A stretch of DNA of 64,000 bases from an uncultured delta proteobacterium (GTDB taxonomy: Bacteria; Desulfobacterota; Binatia; Binatales; Binataceae), in the NCBI GenBank assembly GCA_963834535.1, contig CAWICC010000004.1:667966-731965 (forward strand), written 5' to 3'. Of this stretch, positions 47,532-56,395 are shown piece by piece. The first letter of the stretch is position 1; the number at the start of each line of letters is the position of its first letter. A program made the translations under genes and the position numbers. A model generated the notes under the pieces. The model did not search any database and was not told the origin of the DNA. It worked only from the letters and a program-made list of their open reading frames with translations.

Positions 47532-49472
47532 TTAGAGCAGGTTGAAGTTGTACTGGAACTGAGCCGTCAAGAGGCTCTGGCCCTTGAGGATACCGCCGGC
47601 CTGCGAGGTGCTCTTATCGCCGCCGAGGACTTCAATGGCCTGCAGCTTCATGAAGTACTTCTTGGTCCAGGGCGGATTCAACACCAGCGACGGGAACAGC
47701 AGGAACGCACGTCCTTTCGGATTGAAAATCATCGTCCAGGCCGGCTCGATGTCTTCCCACATCCACGAGGTGCCGATGTTGAACAAGGCGGAAACGTTAT
47801 TCTTGATGTTGGAAGTGTTTTCGATACCACCACCGGTCCAAGGGCCGAAGGTCTCGAACATGCTTTGTGACGAATCGAGCGCGATCTCGTCATAGAGTTC
47901 GACGTTCGCCGACAGATTGCCCGTGGCGGTGAGCCAGGGCGCGTACGCCTGATCGACATCGAGAGCGACCATCCAGCTCGCCATATCGGTGTAGCGGACC
48001 CCGCTGGGGCTTTCTACGGGATCGAAGCTGAGCACCGATTCATGGTTGGTGTACACGCCTTCCGCGCGACCAACGAACGGCAGATATTCCGAGACTGCCG
48101 AGGGCATCGGAATCGGCATATCGCCGGTCACACCGACCTTCTGCATCGGATCGAAGCGGGCGCGAAACTGGTTGGTGTACTTCTGCCAGTAGGTGTTGGG
48201 ATAGAGATTCCACCCGTTGAAATAGAAGGCGGTCAATTCCGCGCCACCGACCAACGTATGGTAGCGAATGCCTTCTTCCCAGTTGCCGACGGTGGTGGCT
48301 GGAATTTTCCATTGGCCAACGTCAACCGCCGCACCGCTGCCGGTCTGAGGACAAAAGCTCCGCAGGCGCTTGGGCACGGGATTGAAGGGCTGTCCGTTAG
48401 CACCAAGGTTGGTGCAGTAGAAGAACTCGTTGGAAAGCGGCGCTCCGATCAAACGTGCGTTTTGAACGGGATTTCCGTTGTATGGAGGATAGATTCCGCC
48501 ACTACCAGGCGCGACCGCGGTTCTTCCTGGATAGAAGGGACCGGCGTTACTTAGGTGAGCGCCGAAACGTCCGGTGGGATCGAAGCCGACGCCTGCGGGG
48601 AAGCCGTTGTTGACGCTGCCGCCGTTGACGTTACACTCGCCGTCGTAGCGATGATCGGCGTAGTCGCAACTGTTCCACATCGGCTGCAGGCGGGGATCCA
48701 GGATGCCCTCAAGGAAGTTCGACTCGAACGGTCCCCACTCGGGCAGATTCCAGATCGGATGGATCATCCATTGGGGAATACGCGATTGCTCGAGGTTGGC
48801 GAAGCCGAAGGCCCAGGTCGTATCCTGAGGATTGACGACGTCACCGACGCGGAAGGCGAGCGACTGTCCCCAGACGACGATCTGATTGCCGACGTAGGTG
48901 GTGACGGGGCCGGTTTTGTTCTGCCACCAGGCATCGCGGATGTTATACTGATTGTAGAACGCGTTTGAGTACTTGCCGAAGCCATTCGCGCTATTGAAGG
49001 CGTACGGCGGCTCATAAACGAACCATTCGCGCATGAAGAAGCTGTTGTTCTCGTTGAGGCGGTAGTTTTCGTCCACCTGCAGCCAGGTACGCGAAACCGC
49101 CAGGTTGTTGCGGCTCGCAGTGAACTCGCGCAGAGCCGATGGGTTCTGCCACATACCGAAGGTCTGGCTCAAGAAGCCCGAAACGTGAATGCCTTCAAAC
49201 CAGCTTTCCTCCGGCGCACCGCCGCCCGAGGAATCCGCCAGCACCGAGCCGGATGGCGCCGTGATTGGCAGGACCGAGCCGGATGGCGCGGTGATTGGCA
49301 GGACCGACGGAGTAGCGCCGGTCACGTTCAAGCCCTGAGCGGGCATTGCCGACAAATCGCCGGCCCTTGATTTTCCAGCACAGAGTCCAACGATCGCGAG
49401 CGCCAAGCCGAGCGCCGCGACCTTTTTCCTGACTCCCCCTGATGAACACGCTCCGCGCACTTCAGTCTCCAT
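47532..49472 (-). CDS. Outer-membrane beta-barrel protein, DUF1302-like
   Basis: GGGAGGA SD. Signal peptide 'KKVAALGLALAIVGLCAGKSRA'. 'NQIVVWGQSLAFRVGDVVNPQD' resembles the DUF1302 signature. Aromatic- and Gly-rich with alternating strands. Confidence 0.6.
   Translation of the reverse strand: METEVRGACSSGGVRKKVAALGLALAIVGLCAGKSRAGDLSAMPAQGLNVTGATPSVLPITAPSGSVLPITAPSGSVLADSSGGGAPEESWFEGIHVSGFLSQTFGMWQNPSALREFTASRNNLAVSRTWLQVDENYRLNENNSFFMREWFVYEPPYAFNSANGFGKYSNAFYNQYNIRDAWWQNKTGPVTTYVGNQIVVWGQSLAFRVGDVVNPQDTTWAFGFANLEQSRIPQWMIHPIWNLPEWGPFESNFLEGILDPRLQPMWNSCDYADHRYDGECNVNGGSVNNGFPAGVGFDPTGRFGAHLSNAGPFYPGRTAVAPGSGGIYPPYNGNPVQNARLIGAPLSNEFFYCTNLGANGQPFNPVPKRLRSFCPQTGSGAAVDVGQWKIPATTVGNWEEGIRYHTLVGGAELTAFYFNGWNLYPNTYWQKYTNQFRARFDPMQKVGVTGDMPIPMPSAVSEYLPFVGRAEGVYTNHESVLSFDPVESPSGVRYTDMASWMVALDVDQAYAPWLTATGNLSANVELYDEIALDSSQSMFETFGPWTGGGIENTSNIKNNVSALFNIGTSWMWEDIEPAWTMIFNPKGRAFLLFPSLVLNPPWTKKYFMKLQAIEVLGGDKSTSQAGGILKGQSLLTAQFQYNFNLL
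49243..49308. repeat. In-frame 30-bp tandem repeat (2.2 copies) inside the OMP gene
   Basis: accgagccggatggcgc[c/g]gtgattggcagg occurs twice, plus a partial accgac. It encodes 'SVLPITAPSGSVLPITAPSGSVL'. Confidence 0.9.
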
Positions 49473-50217
49473 ACAAAATCCTCCCTGCCTGACTGAACAC
49501 TTGGACCTCTTGGAGAGAGCGATACTCGGGTCCCCTGTTTGTAGTCTCGAAGCCGCTTAAACCCCTGAGCTTCGAAAGTAGCGTTGTGCAAACAACTGAG
49601 TCGTTTTGTAGCAGGTACTAACGGTACGGCAGCGAAAGCAAGAATCGCATAGCGATTGGATTCGAGTGGCGAGCGCATGAACCAGCCGCACTGGTTCAGT
49701 CAGCAATATCGGCCCATCCAGCAAATGCGAGCAGCAACCGTTGCATTCAACAGAAACTGGTCAGAAATCCAACAGCCGAACTAATCCTCGCCGCAGATCC
49801 TACTTCGCTCCGCACCTCCTCCACCGGGCATACAAAAGACCCGCTCATCGTCACCAACGATAAACCCGTCGTCGCGCGGTCCGCAGACTGAAACCCGCAC
49901 GCCAGACGCCTGCGCGGCACCGCAGCAGCAGAAACAGAACTGGTGGCTGGTGCGAGCGCGACAGGCTATCTAGCAAAGATTAACAGCAAGATCAAATAGC
50001 GATCATGGGAAGATGATCGGATAGTGAATCGAGGTGCGGGGGCCTAAAAGCCGCGATACTTAGGGCAAATTTTATCTTTAAGTCGCTACGGCGAGCGACT
50101 TGTAATCGGTTCCAACATGATGCGGTGTCATGTGAATTCGATTACGCGGCCGGGACGTGCACCCGAATGTGCGATTTGTTAGCTTTCCGCCTGCGGCTCG
50201 AGGCGGAGGTGAATGCA

Positions 50218-51138
50218 TTGCGTATCGTTCTGATCGGCCAGGCGGCTTTTGCGGAGAGAGCGCTCGCGACGCTCCACGCGCGCGGCGAACAAGTTGTGCG
50301 GGTCTTCGTACCGCCAGATACTCCCGGCGGCCGGCTCGATCCGCTCAAGGTCAAGGCGCTGGAGCTGGGGCTGCCGGTGAGCCAACCCGTCTCGTTTCGC
50401 GGGGAACGCGAGTTTGAGCAATTCCGCGCGCTCGAAGCCGACCTGATAATAATGGCCTTCGTCACGATGATCGTGCCGGAGCGAATTCTTTATGCGCCAC
50501 GTTTCAAGAGCATCTGCTTCCATCCGTCGCTCCTGCCGAGACATCGCGGCGCGAGCGCTATCAACTGGGCGATCATCGAGGGGGACGCCGAAACCGGCGT
50601 GACCTGGTTCTGGCCCGACCGAGGAATCGACACGGGGCCGATCCTGATTCAGCGCCGCGTGGCAATCGGAGCGACGGAGACGACCGGATCGCTATACTTC
50701 AACTCGCTGTTCCCACTGGGAATCGAGACTATGATCGAGGCCGTTGACCAGATCGCGGCAGGCACCGCGCCGGCGATGGAGCAGGACGAGAGCCTCGCGA
50801 CCTACGAAGCGCCTTGCCGCGATGAGCACGCTGGAATCGATTTTCGGCGGCCCGCGCAGGCGATCTATAACCTGGTGCGCGGATGCGACCCCCAGCCTGG
50901 CGCCTTCGCGACTATCGGTGGCCGCCGCTTGCGACTCTATGATGCGATCATGGAATCGGGCGCCGGCCTAGATGTTCCTGGGACGATCGTGCGCATCGAT
51001 AAAGACGGGATGAGGATCGCGCTCGACGGCGCATCGATGATAGTGCGGCGCGCGCGCTTCGATGCGAGCGCGAAAAAGGTTGCGCCGGCGGACCTGGCAT
51101 TGGCCAAAGAGATCGTTGCCGGTGCCCGGCTTGAATAG
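50218..51138 (+). CDS. Formyltransferase-family protein (Fmt fold; closest in motif to the 10-formyl-THF dehydrogenase N-domain)
   Basis: TTG at 50218 (MRIVLIGQ), 8 nt after GGAGG (alternative GTG at 50209). 'FHPSLLPRHRGASAINWAIIEGDAETGVTWFWPDRGIDTGPI'. The C-terminal Fmt-type subdomain is present. Confidence 0.85.
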   Translation: MRIVLIGQAAFAERALATLHARGEQVVRVFVPPDTPGGRLDPLKVKALELGLPVSQPVSFRGEREFEQFRALEADLIIMAFVTMIVPERILYAPRFKSICFHPSLLPRHRGASAINWAIIEGDAETGVTWFWPDRGIDTGPILIQRRVAIGATETTGSLYFNSLFPLGIETMIEAVDQIAAGTAPAMEQDESLATYEAPCRDEHAGIDFRRPAQAIYNLVRGCDPQPGAFATIGGRRLRLYDAIMESGAGLDVPGTIVRIDKDGMRIALDGASMIVRRARFDASAKKVAPADLALAKEIVAGARLE

Positions 51139-51165
51139 CCCACGCGCGGTCGGGGAGACCGTTTG

Positions 51166-52185
51166 ATGCTGCTTTGCGTTGGCACCTCGAAGGGGATCGT
51201 AATCCTCGATGCGGATCGTCGCGGGCCGCCGTTGATGGCCCTGGCAGATCCCACGTCGATCTGGTGCATGGCGCAGGACTGGGGCGATCCCAACCTGCTT
51301 TACGCCGGGTCGATCAGCAATGCTCAAGCGGGGAGCGCGCGCGGGCGGGGATCGCTGGCACGGTCGTCCGACGGCGGGCGCACGTGGCATGACATCACAC
51401 CGAGCGCCGTCCGCGACGAAGAGATTTGGGCCATCGCGACGCCCGCCGATGGTCCGGGCGAGGTCTTCATCGGGACTTCCAACGCGCGCATCCTGCGGAG
51501 CCTCGATAGCGGCCATCTGTTTCGTGAATGCGGCGCGTTTTTGAAGATTGCGGGACGTGAATGGTGGGGCTTTTCGCCACCGCTGCATATTCCGCGCGTC
51601 CGATCGATTGCTTTCGATAGCTCGAATCCACTCCTTATATATGTAGGCATGGAGGAAGGCGGCGTCTATCGATCGCCCGATCGCGGCCGCAGCTTCGAGC
51701 CGCTCGATCGAGGCGTCTACTCGGACATTCATTGCGTGGCGTCGGATTCGTCCGACCCGAAGACCCTGTTCGCTACCACCGGCCGCGGCTTTTACTTTTC
51801 GACCGATGCGGGCGGCTCCTGGGATTACGTCAAGGGGCTGAGCCGTTCCTACATGATTCCGCTGCTGATCACCGAGGACGCGATCTTTGTCGCCGCGGCG
51901 GGCGGACCGCCCTCGATGTGGCCAATGGCTCTGGCGGGCGCCGACGCGCTGTTGTTTCGCAGCACTGACCGGGGGCGCAGCTTTGTCCCGATGGCGACGG
52001 ACGACGGCATCGCAAATTCCATGCGGGGCATGGTAATGAAGCTGCGCGCAAATCCGGCCAACAGGAATGAATTCTTGGGCGTGACCAGCGACGGCACGGC
52101 GATCAGGGTCGATCAGCGCAACGGGGTCATCCGCACGATCGCCGACCGCCTTCCGCCAGCGTACGACTTCGCTATCCTGCCGTGA
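51166..52185 (+). CDS. BNR/Asp-box repeat beta-propeller protein
   Basis: Asp-boxes 'SSDGGRTWHD', 'SPDRGRSFEP', 'STDAGGSWDY', 'STDRGRSFVP'. ATG at 51166 after GGGGAGA. Confidence 0.75.
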   Translation: MLLCVGTSKGIVILDADRRGPPLMALADPTSIWCMAQDWGDPNLLYAGSISNAQAGSARGRGSLARSSDGGRTWHDITPSAVRDEEIWAIATPADGPGEVFIGTSNARILRSLDSGHLFRECGAFLKIAGREWWGFSPPLHIPRVRSIAFDSSNPLLIYVGMEEGGVYRSPDRGRSFEPLDRGVYSDIHCVASDSSDPKTLFATTGRGFYFSTDAGGSWDYVKGLSRSYMIPLLITEDAIFVAAAGGPPSMWPMALAGADALLFRSTDRGRSFVPMATDDGIANSMRGMVMKLRANPANRNEFLGVTSDGTAIRVDQRNGVIRTIADRLPPAYDFAILP

Positions 52186-52239
52186 CCGGTTCGCCGACGC
52201 GGCGGCCGCGATAGTTCAAATCGGGCGCGGACAAACCCC

Positions 52240-52728
52240 TCACTTAATCTGCTGGGGTTCCAAACAGCAGTGCGCCGCCTTTTCCTGCGCGGCAGGCGTC
52301 AGGGTGAGCACCGGGCAGGGCGCGGTCCGCAGAACTTCCTCGGCGACGCTGCCAAGAATCAAATGAGACAGGCCCTTGCGGCCGTGGGTTTTCAATACAA
52401 TCAGGTCGGCGTCAACTTCGCCGGCGACGCGCACCACAGCATGGGCCAGTCCGCGGTCCGAGGCCAGGCAGGTGTGGATAACGGTCTTGACGCCCTCGAG
52501 GTGACGCGCCGCGATATCGTTGAGGGCCTTCTCGGCCTTCTGCTCTTCCGGCGTATGTTTGCCTTCCTCGACATCGGGTTCGCCGAACGCCTGGAGCATC
52601 GGCACGACATGCAGCAGGTGGAGCGTAGCGGCATGCGTCAAGGCGATTTGCCGAGCCATTCCCAACGCCACGAGCGAAGGGTCGTCGAATTGAATGGGAG
52701 ACAGGATCGATCGGTATGGATAAACCAT
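52240..52728 (-). CDS. Universal stress protein (single UspA domain)
   Basis: ATG at 52728 after an AGGAGG SD. 'DLIVLKTHGRKGLSHLILGSVAEEVLRTAPCPVLTL'. Confidence 0.88.
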   Translation of the reverse strand: MVYPYRSILSPIQFDDPSLVALGMARQIALTHAATLHLLHVVPMLQAFGEPDVEEGKHTPEEQKAEKALNDIAARHLEGVKTVIHTCLASDRGLAHAVVRVAGEVDADLIVLKTHGRKGLSHLILGSVAEEVLRTAPCPVLTLTPAAQEKAAHCCLEPQQIK

Positions 52729-52855
52729 GGACACCCCTCCTTAAGCGCGGGAAGTCTACTATAGCCTTTGGCAGAGCGAGGCGCACATGGCTACCGCTGC
52801 TGTGTGAACTCCGAAGTCCATCGGGACGCCGCCGGTGCGATCGCCGTCCACCGAT

Positions 52856-53719
52856 CTAGCCGTCTTGCTCGACGACCTCAACCGCGACGCTGATAGTTTG
52901 CTCGCCGCCACCGAGGGCGACGCCATTAACCGGCGGCACATCCGAGTAATCGCGTCCCCAGGCAATGGTCACGTGCCTGGCGGCGGGCATCACGTCGTTG
53001 GTGGGATCGAAATCGAGCCAGCCGAAGCCGGGGCAATACGCCGAGACCCACGCATGCGACGCCTGGGCGCTGGCCGATTGCCGCGCGAGGCGAACGTAGC
53101 CGCTGATGTAGCGCGCGGGCAGGCCACGCGATCGCATGCAGGCGATCATGACGTGGGCGAAATCCTGGCATACGCCGCTGCGCTTTTGCAGAACCTGGTC
53201 GATGGGAGTGGATACGGTGGTCGCGCGCTGATCGTATTTAAAATCGGTAAAGATGCGGTGACAGAGGTCCATCGCCGCTTCGAGCAAAGGGCGGCCCGCC
53301 GGGAACGACGGTGCAGCATAGGCAGCGAAAGCGGGCGTGATCGACACCCGGGGAGATTCATAGGCGAACTCCAGCGCGTCAAAACTTTCTTCCGTTTCGT
53401 GTTTGCTGACCTCAAGCGCCACCTGCTCCCACGGCGGGGTCAGCGCCGGATGCAACGCTTCGACGGGGTGCCGATCGACGACGCTGGTGGAAGTGATAAC
53501 GAGGGTTTCGTGCGGTTCCTGGATCGAGAAATGGGCGACCGGATTGCCGAAATAATCATCGCGCGTCGCCAGCGATTCGGGCGCCGGGTCAATCGCGAGA
53601 TGGTGCTCGATGGGCGACTGATTACGATCCGCGCGGGGCGCCAGGTGGACCTCGGTGTGCGAGACTGAAACCGGGTTGCTGTAGCTGTAAGTGGTTGTAT
53701 GGGTTACACGCAGCGCCAC
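52856..53719 (-). CDS. Transglutaminase-like cysteine protease family protein (Bact_transglu_N + transglutaminase core)
   Basis: 'ALRVTHTTTYSYSNPVS'. Cys-His-Asp triad contexts 'GVCQDFAH', 'SHAWVSAY', 'LDFDPTN'. GTG start. Confidence 0.9.
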   Translation of the reverse strand: MALRVTHTTTYSYSNPVSVSHTEVHLAPRADRNQSPIEHHLAIDPAPESLATRDDYFGNPVAHFSIQEPHETLVITSTSVVDRHPVEALHPALTPPWEQVALEVSKHETEESFDALEFAYESPRVSITPAFAAYAAPSFPAGRPLLEAAMDLCHRIFTDFKYDQRATTVSTPIDQVLQKRSGVCQDFAHVMIACMRSRGLPARYISGYVRLARQSASAQASHAWVSAYCPGFGWLDFDPTNDVMPAARHVTIAWGRDYSDVPPVNGVALGGGEQTISVAVEVVEQDG

Positions 53720-53750
53720 GATCTAAACCTCAATTCGAAGTTTTCGCGTT

Positions 53751-56276
53751 TCACGGGGCATACAGTTGCGGCGCCGCGACTGCATGATCGAAGTATCCAC
53801 GCGTCAGTGTCTCGGAGAGCAACGGCAGCTCCACCGCGAGCCGGGTCACGAGATTTTCCAGATTGATCCAGTGTCCATTTTCATCAGGGCGCACCAACTC
53901 CGCCGCTTCCGCGACCTGCACGGCGGTGAGCAGGCGCACCGCCAAGCGCCATTCGGGGGGACGATGAGTCATCGAAACGCTCTCGGGCAACTGGTCGATA
54001 TCCTCGCGCAGGCGCGCGAGCTGAAAGGCCGCCGATCGCGGATTGGCCTCGTCGAGCAAGAGCAGATCGATCACAAGATTCTCCTGCATCGAGGTCAAAT
54101 AGCGCGACCGGTAGGTGAGAGAACTGTCGGCGATTTCGAGCAGGACCTCCAACTGCCCGCTGTCAGTGGCAGGTTGATAACCCAGCCCGCAGCGAATGAG
54201 GTCCACCAGTTGGATCGCGCGCTCCAACCGCCTCCCGATATCGAGAAAGCGCCAGCCATGGCCGCGCGTCATGCTTTCCATCACCAGGCCGCTGAAGGCC
54301 GAGAGCGTGATGATGAAATGATCGAGCAGACTGGTGGCGGCGCTGATGCGCAGCGGTTCATCGGGCGGCGGAGTGGAAAATTCCTGATCGAAGTGGTTGA
54401 GAATCTGCCAGGCGTCGGCGGATATGCGATCGCGCAAGAGCCACGCGACGCGGCGCACCTGATGCAGGTTCCAGCCGAGGCCGCCGCGCGATTCGGAATC
54501 ATAGATCATCGCGAGCAATTGACGTTCGGGCGACGCCGTGGACTTCGGGTCCATGCCGAGATGCCCCAGGGCGGCCAGCACGCGGTAGCCGGCCTCGATG
54601 CCGGCCGTCCGCAAGGGGTCGGACTCCTGCGAAACGCGCGAGAGAATGGCGCGTGCGACCCGCACTACCATCTCGACGCGCTCGACATAGCGTCCGAGCC
54701 AGAAGAGGTTATCGGCGACCCGGCTCGGCAGATCGATAGTCGCGCGGTTCACCTCGATTGCAGCGGCTTCCGGACGGAGCAGGCTGAATTCCGCCATCGG
54801 CTGATCGCCCAAGACCCAGGTATCCTTGCTGCCGCCGCCGTGCTGCATGGAGACGACCAGGCTGTCGAGCGAAGTGGTGACGCGCGTCAATCCGCCCGGC
54901 ATCACGGTATAAGAGTCGCCATCGGCCACCAGGTAAACCCGCAAGACAAAGTGGCGCGGCTGCAGTTCACGCTCGTTCCAGGCGGGAACGGTCGCGAGAG
55001 CGACCTGCTCCTGGGCCACATAGTCGGCAGGAAACGCTCGCATCTCGGTGACCAGCTTTTCACGTTGGCGGGCGCTCAACCGAGCGCCGAAGATGGGCTC
55101 ATGGCGATGGTCGGGGAAGGCCGGTTTGATGACCAGCCTGGAGAGATTTTCGACGACGTGAGCCAGCGGGTCGGGCTGGCCGCACCACCAGGTCGCAACC
55201 GTCGGCATTTTGAGTTCTTCGCCGAGAATGTGGCGGCACAAATGAGGCAGGAAAGCGGCGGGAGCGGCCGATTCGATCAACCCGGAACCGAGCGCATTGG
55301 TGACGGCGACGTTGCCCATCCGCGCGGCCTGCAGCAGACCGGCGACGCCAAGTATCGAGTCTTCGCGCAACTCAACGGGGTCGCAGAAGCTGTCGTCCTG
55401 GCGGCGGATGATGAGATCGACCGGCAGCAGGCCGCCGAGCGTCTTCAGAAAAACGGAATTCTCGCGCACCGTGAGGTCGGCGCCTTCGACCAGCGTGAAG
55501 CCCAGGTAGCGGGCCAGGAACGCGTGCTCGAAATAGGTCTCGTTATATGGTCCCGGAGTCAGCAGCACGATGCGCGGATTCTCGCGGTTGGGTGGCACCA
55601 GGCTGAGCAGAGTCTCGCGATAGACTTCGAAGAAGCGCGCCAGCCGCCGCACCTGGGCCGCGCGGAAAACGTCGCCGAGCACGCGCGTCGAGACCAGCCG
55701 GTTTTCGAGGGCATAGCCCGCCCCCGATGGCGCCTGGGTGCGATCGGCCAGCACCCACCACTTGCCGTCGGGTGCGCGCGCGATGTCCGCGGCATAAGTG
55801 TGCAGGTAGATTCCGCGCGGCACCGACACTCCGGCGCAGGGCCGCAGGAAACCGTCGTGACGGAAAACCAGTTCGGGCGGCAGCAAACTGCTGCGGAGCA
55901 ATTTGCGGGGCCCATAGAGGTCGGCGAGGATCGCGTTGAGCACGGTCGCACGTTGGCGCAGAGCGATTTCGATCCCGTTCCACTCGCGACTGTCGATTAC
56001 CAGCGGTACGGGGTCCAGCGGCCACGGCCGATCGGTAGCGGCTGGATCGCCATAGACGTTGTAGGTAACGCCGTTTTCGTGCAGCAGGCGGCGGCCCTCC
56101 TGCCAGCGGCCCAGGAGGCCGTCGGGGCCAATGGCGGAGAGCGAATCGAACAATGCATTCCAATGCGGTCGAATCTTCCCGTTGGCCGCAACGAGTTCGT
56201 CGTAATAGGCGGAGTTGGCCTTGTACTGCCACGCCGGGGCAGTATCCTCAGCGCGTTCGGTTGATCCCAGATTCAT
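53751..56276 (-). CDS. Circularly permuted type-2 ATP-grasp protein fused to an Alpha-E domain
   Basis: 'IVLLTPGPYNETYFEHAFLARYLGFTLVEGADLTV' is the CP ATP-grasp signature. The C-terminal half has the two ER motifs 'FWLGRYVERVE' and 'DIGRRLERAIQ'. Confidence 0.88.
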   Translation of the reverse strand: MNLGSTERAEDTAPAWQYKANSAYYDELVAANGKIRPHWNALFDSLSAIGPDGLLGRWQEGRRLLHENGVTYNVYGDPAATDRPWPLDPVPLVIDSREWNGIEIALRQRATVLNAILADLYGPRKLLRSSLLPPELVFRHDGFLRPCAGVSVPRGIYLHTYAADIARAPDGKWWVLADRTQAPSGAGYALENRLVSTRVLGDVFRAAQVRRLARFFEVYRETLLSLVPPNRENPRIVLLTPGPYNETYFEHAFLARYLGFTLVEGADLTVRENSVFLKTLGGLLPVDLIIRRQDDSFCDPVELREDSILGVAGLLQAARMGNVAVTNALGSGLIESAAPAAFLPHLCRHILGEELKMPTVATWWCGQPDPLAHVVENLSRLVIKPAFPDHRHEPIFGARLSARQREKLVTEMRAFPADYVAQEQVALATVPAWNERELQPRHFVLRVYLVADGDSYTVMPGGLTRVTTSLDSLVVSMQHGGGSKDTWVLGDQPMAEFSLLRPEAAAIEVNRATIDLPSRVADNLFWLGRYVERVEMVVRVARAILSRVSQESDPLRTAGIEAGYRVLAALGHLGMDPKSTASPERQLLAMIYDSESRGGLGWNLHQVRRVAWLLRDRISADAWQILNHFDQEFSTPPPDEPLRISAATSLLDHFIITLSAFSGLVMESMTRGHGWRFLDIGRRLERAIQLVDLIRCGLGYQPATDSGQLEVLLEIADSSLTYRSRYLTSMQENLVIDLLLLDEANPRSAAFQLARLREDIDQLPESVSMTHRPPEWRLAVRLLTAVQVAEAAELVRPDENGHWINLENLVTRLAVELPLLSETLTRGYFDHAVAAPQLYAP

Positions 56277-56395
56277 CCCTCCCCAACGCTCGTGACAGCG
56301 CGATCGAACTCGAGAAGGCTATCACGTAGCATTCCTGACACGCACTTTGACATATTGCGCAACAAATGGTGCAGGGAAATTCTGGCGCGCGCCGG

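Noticed and set aside
53766-56264. 832-aa plus-strand ORF
   Set aside because: It is antisense to the ATP-grasp-AlphaE gene, whose family motifs are unambiguous. No motifs appear in the plus-strand product.
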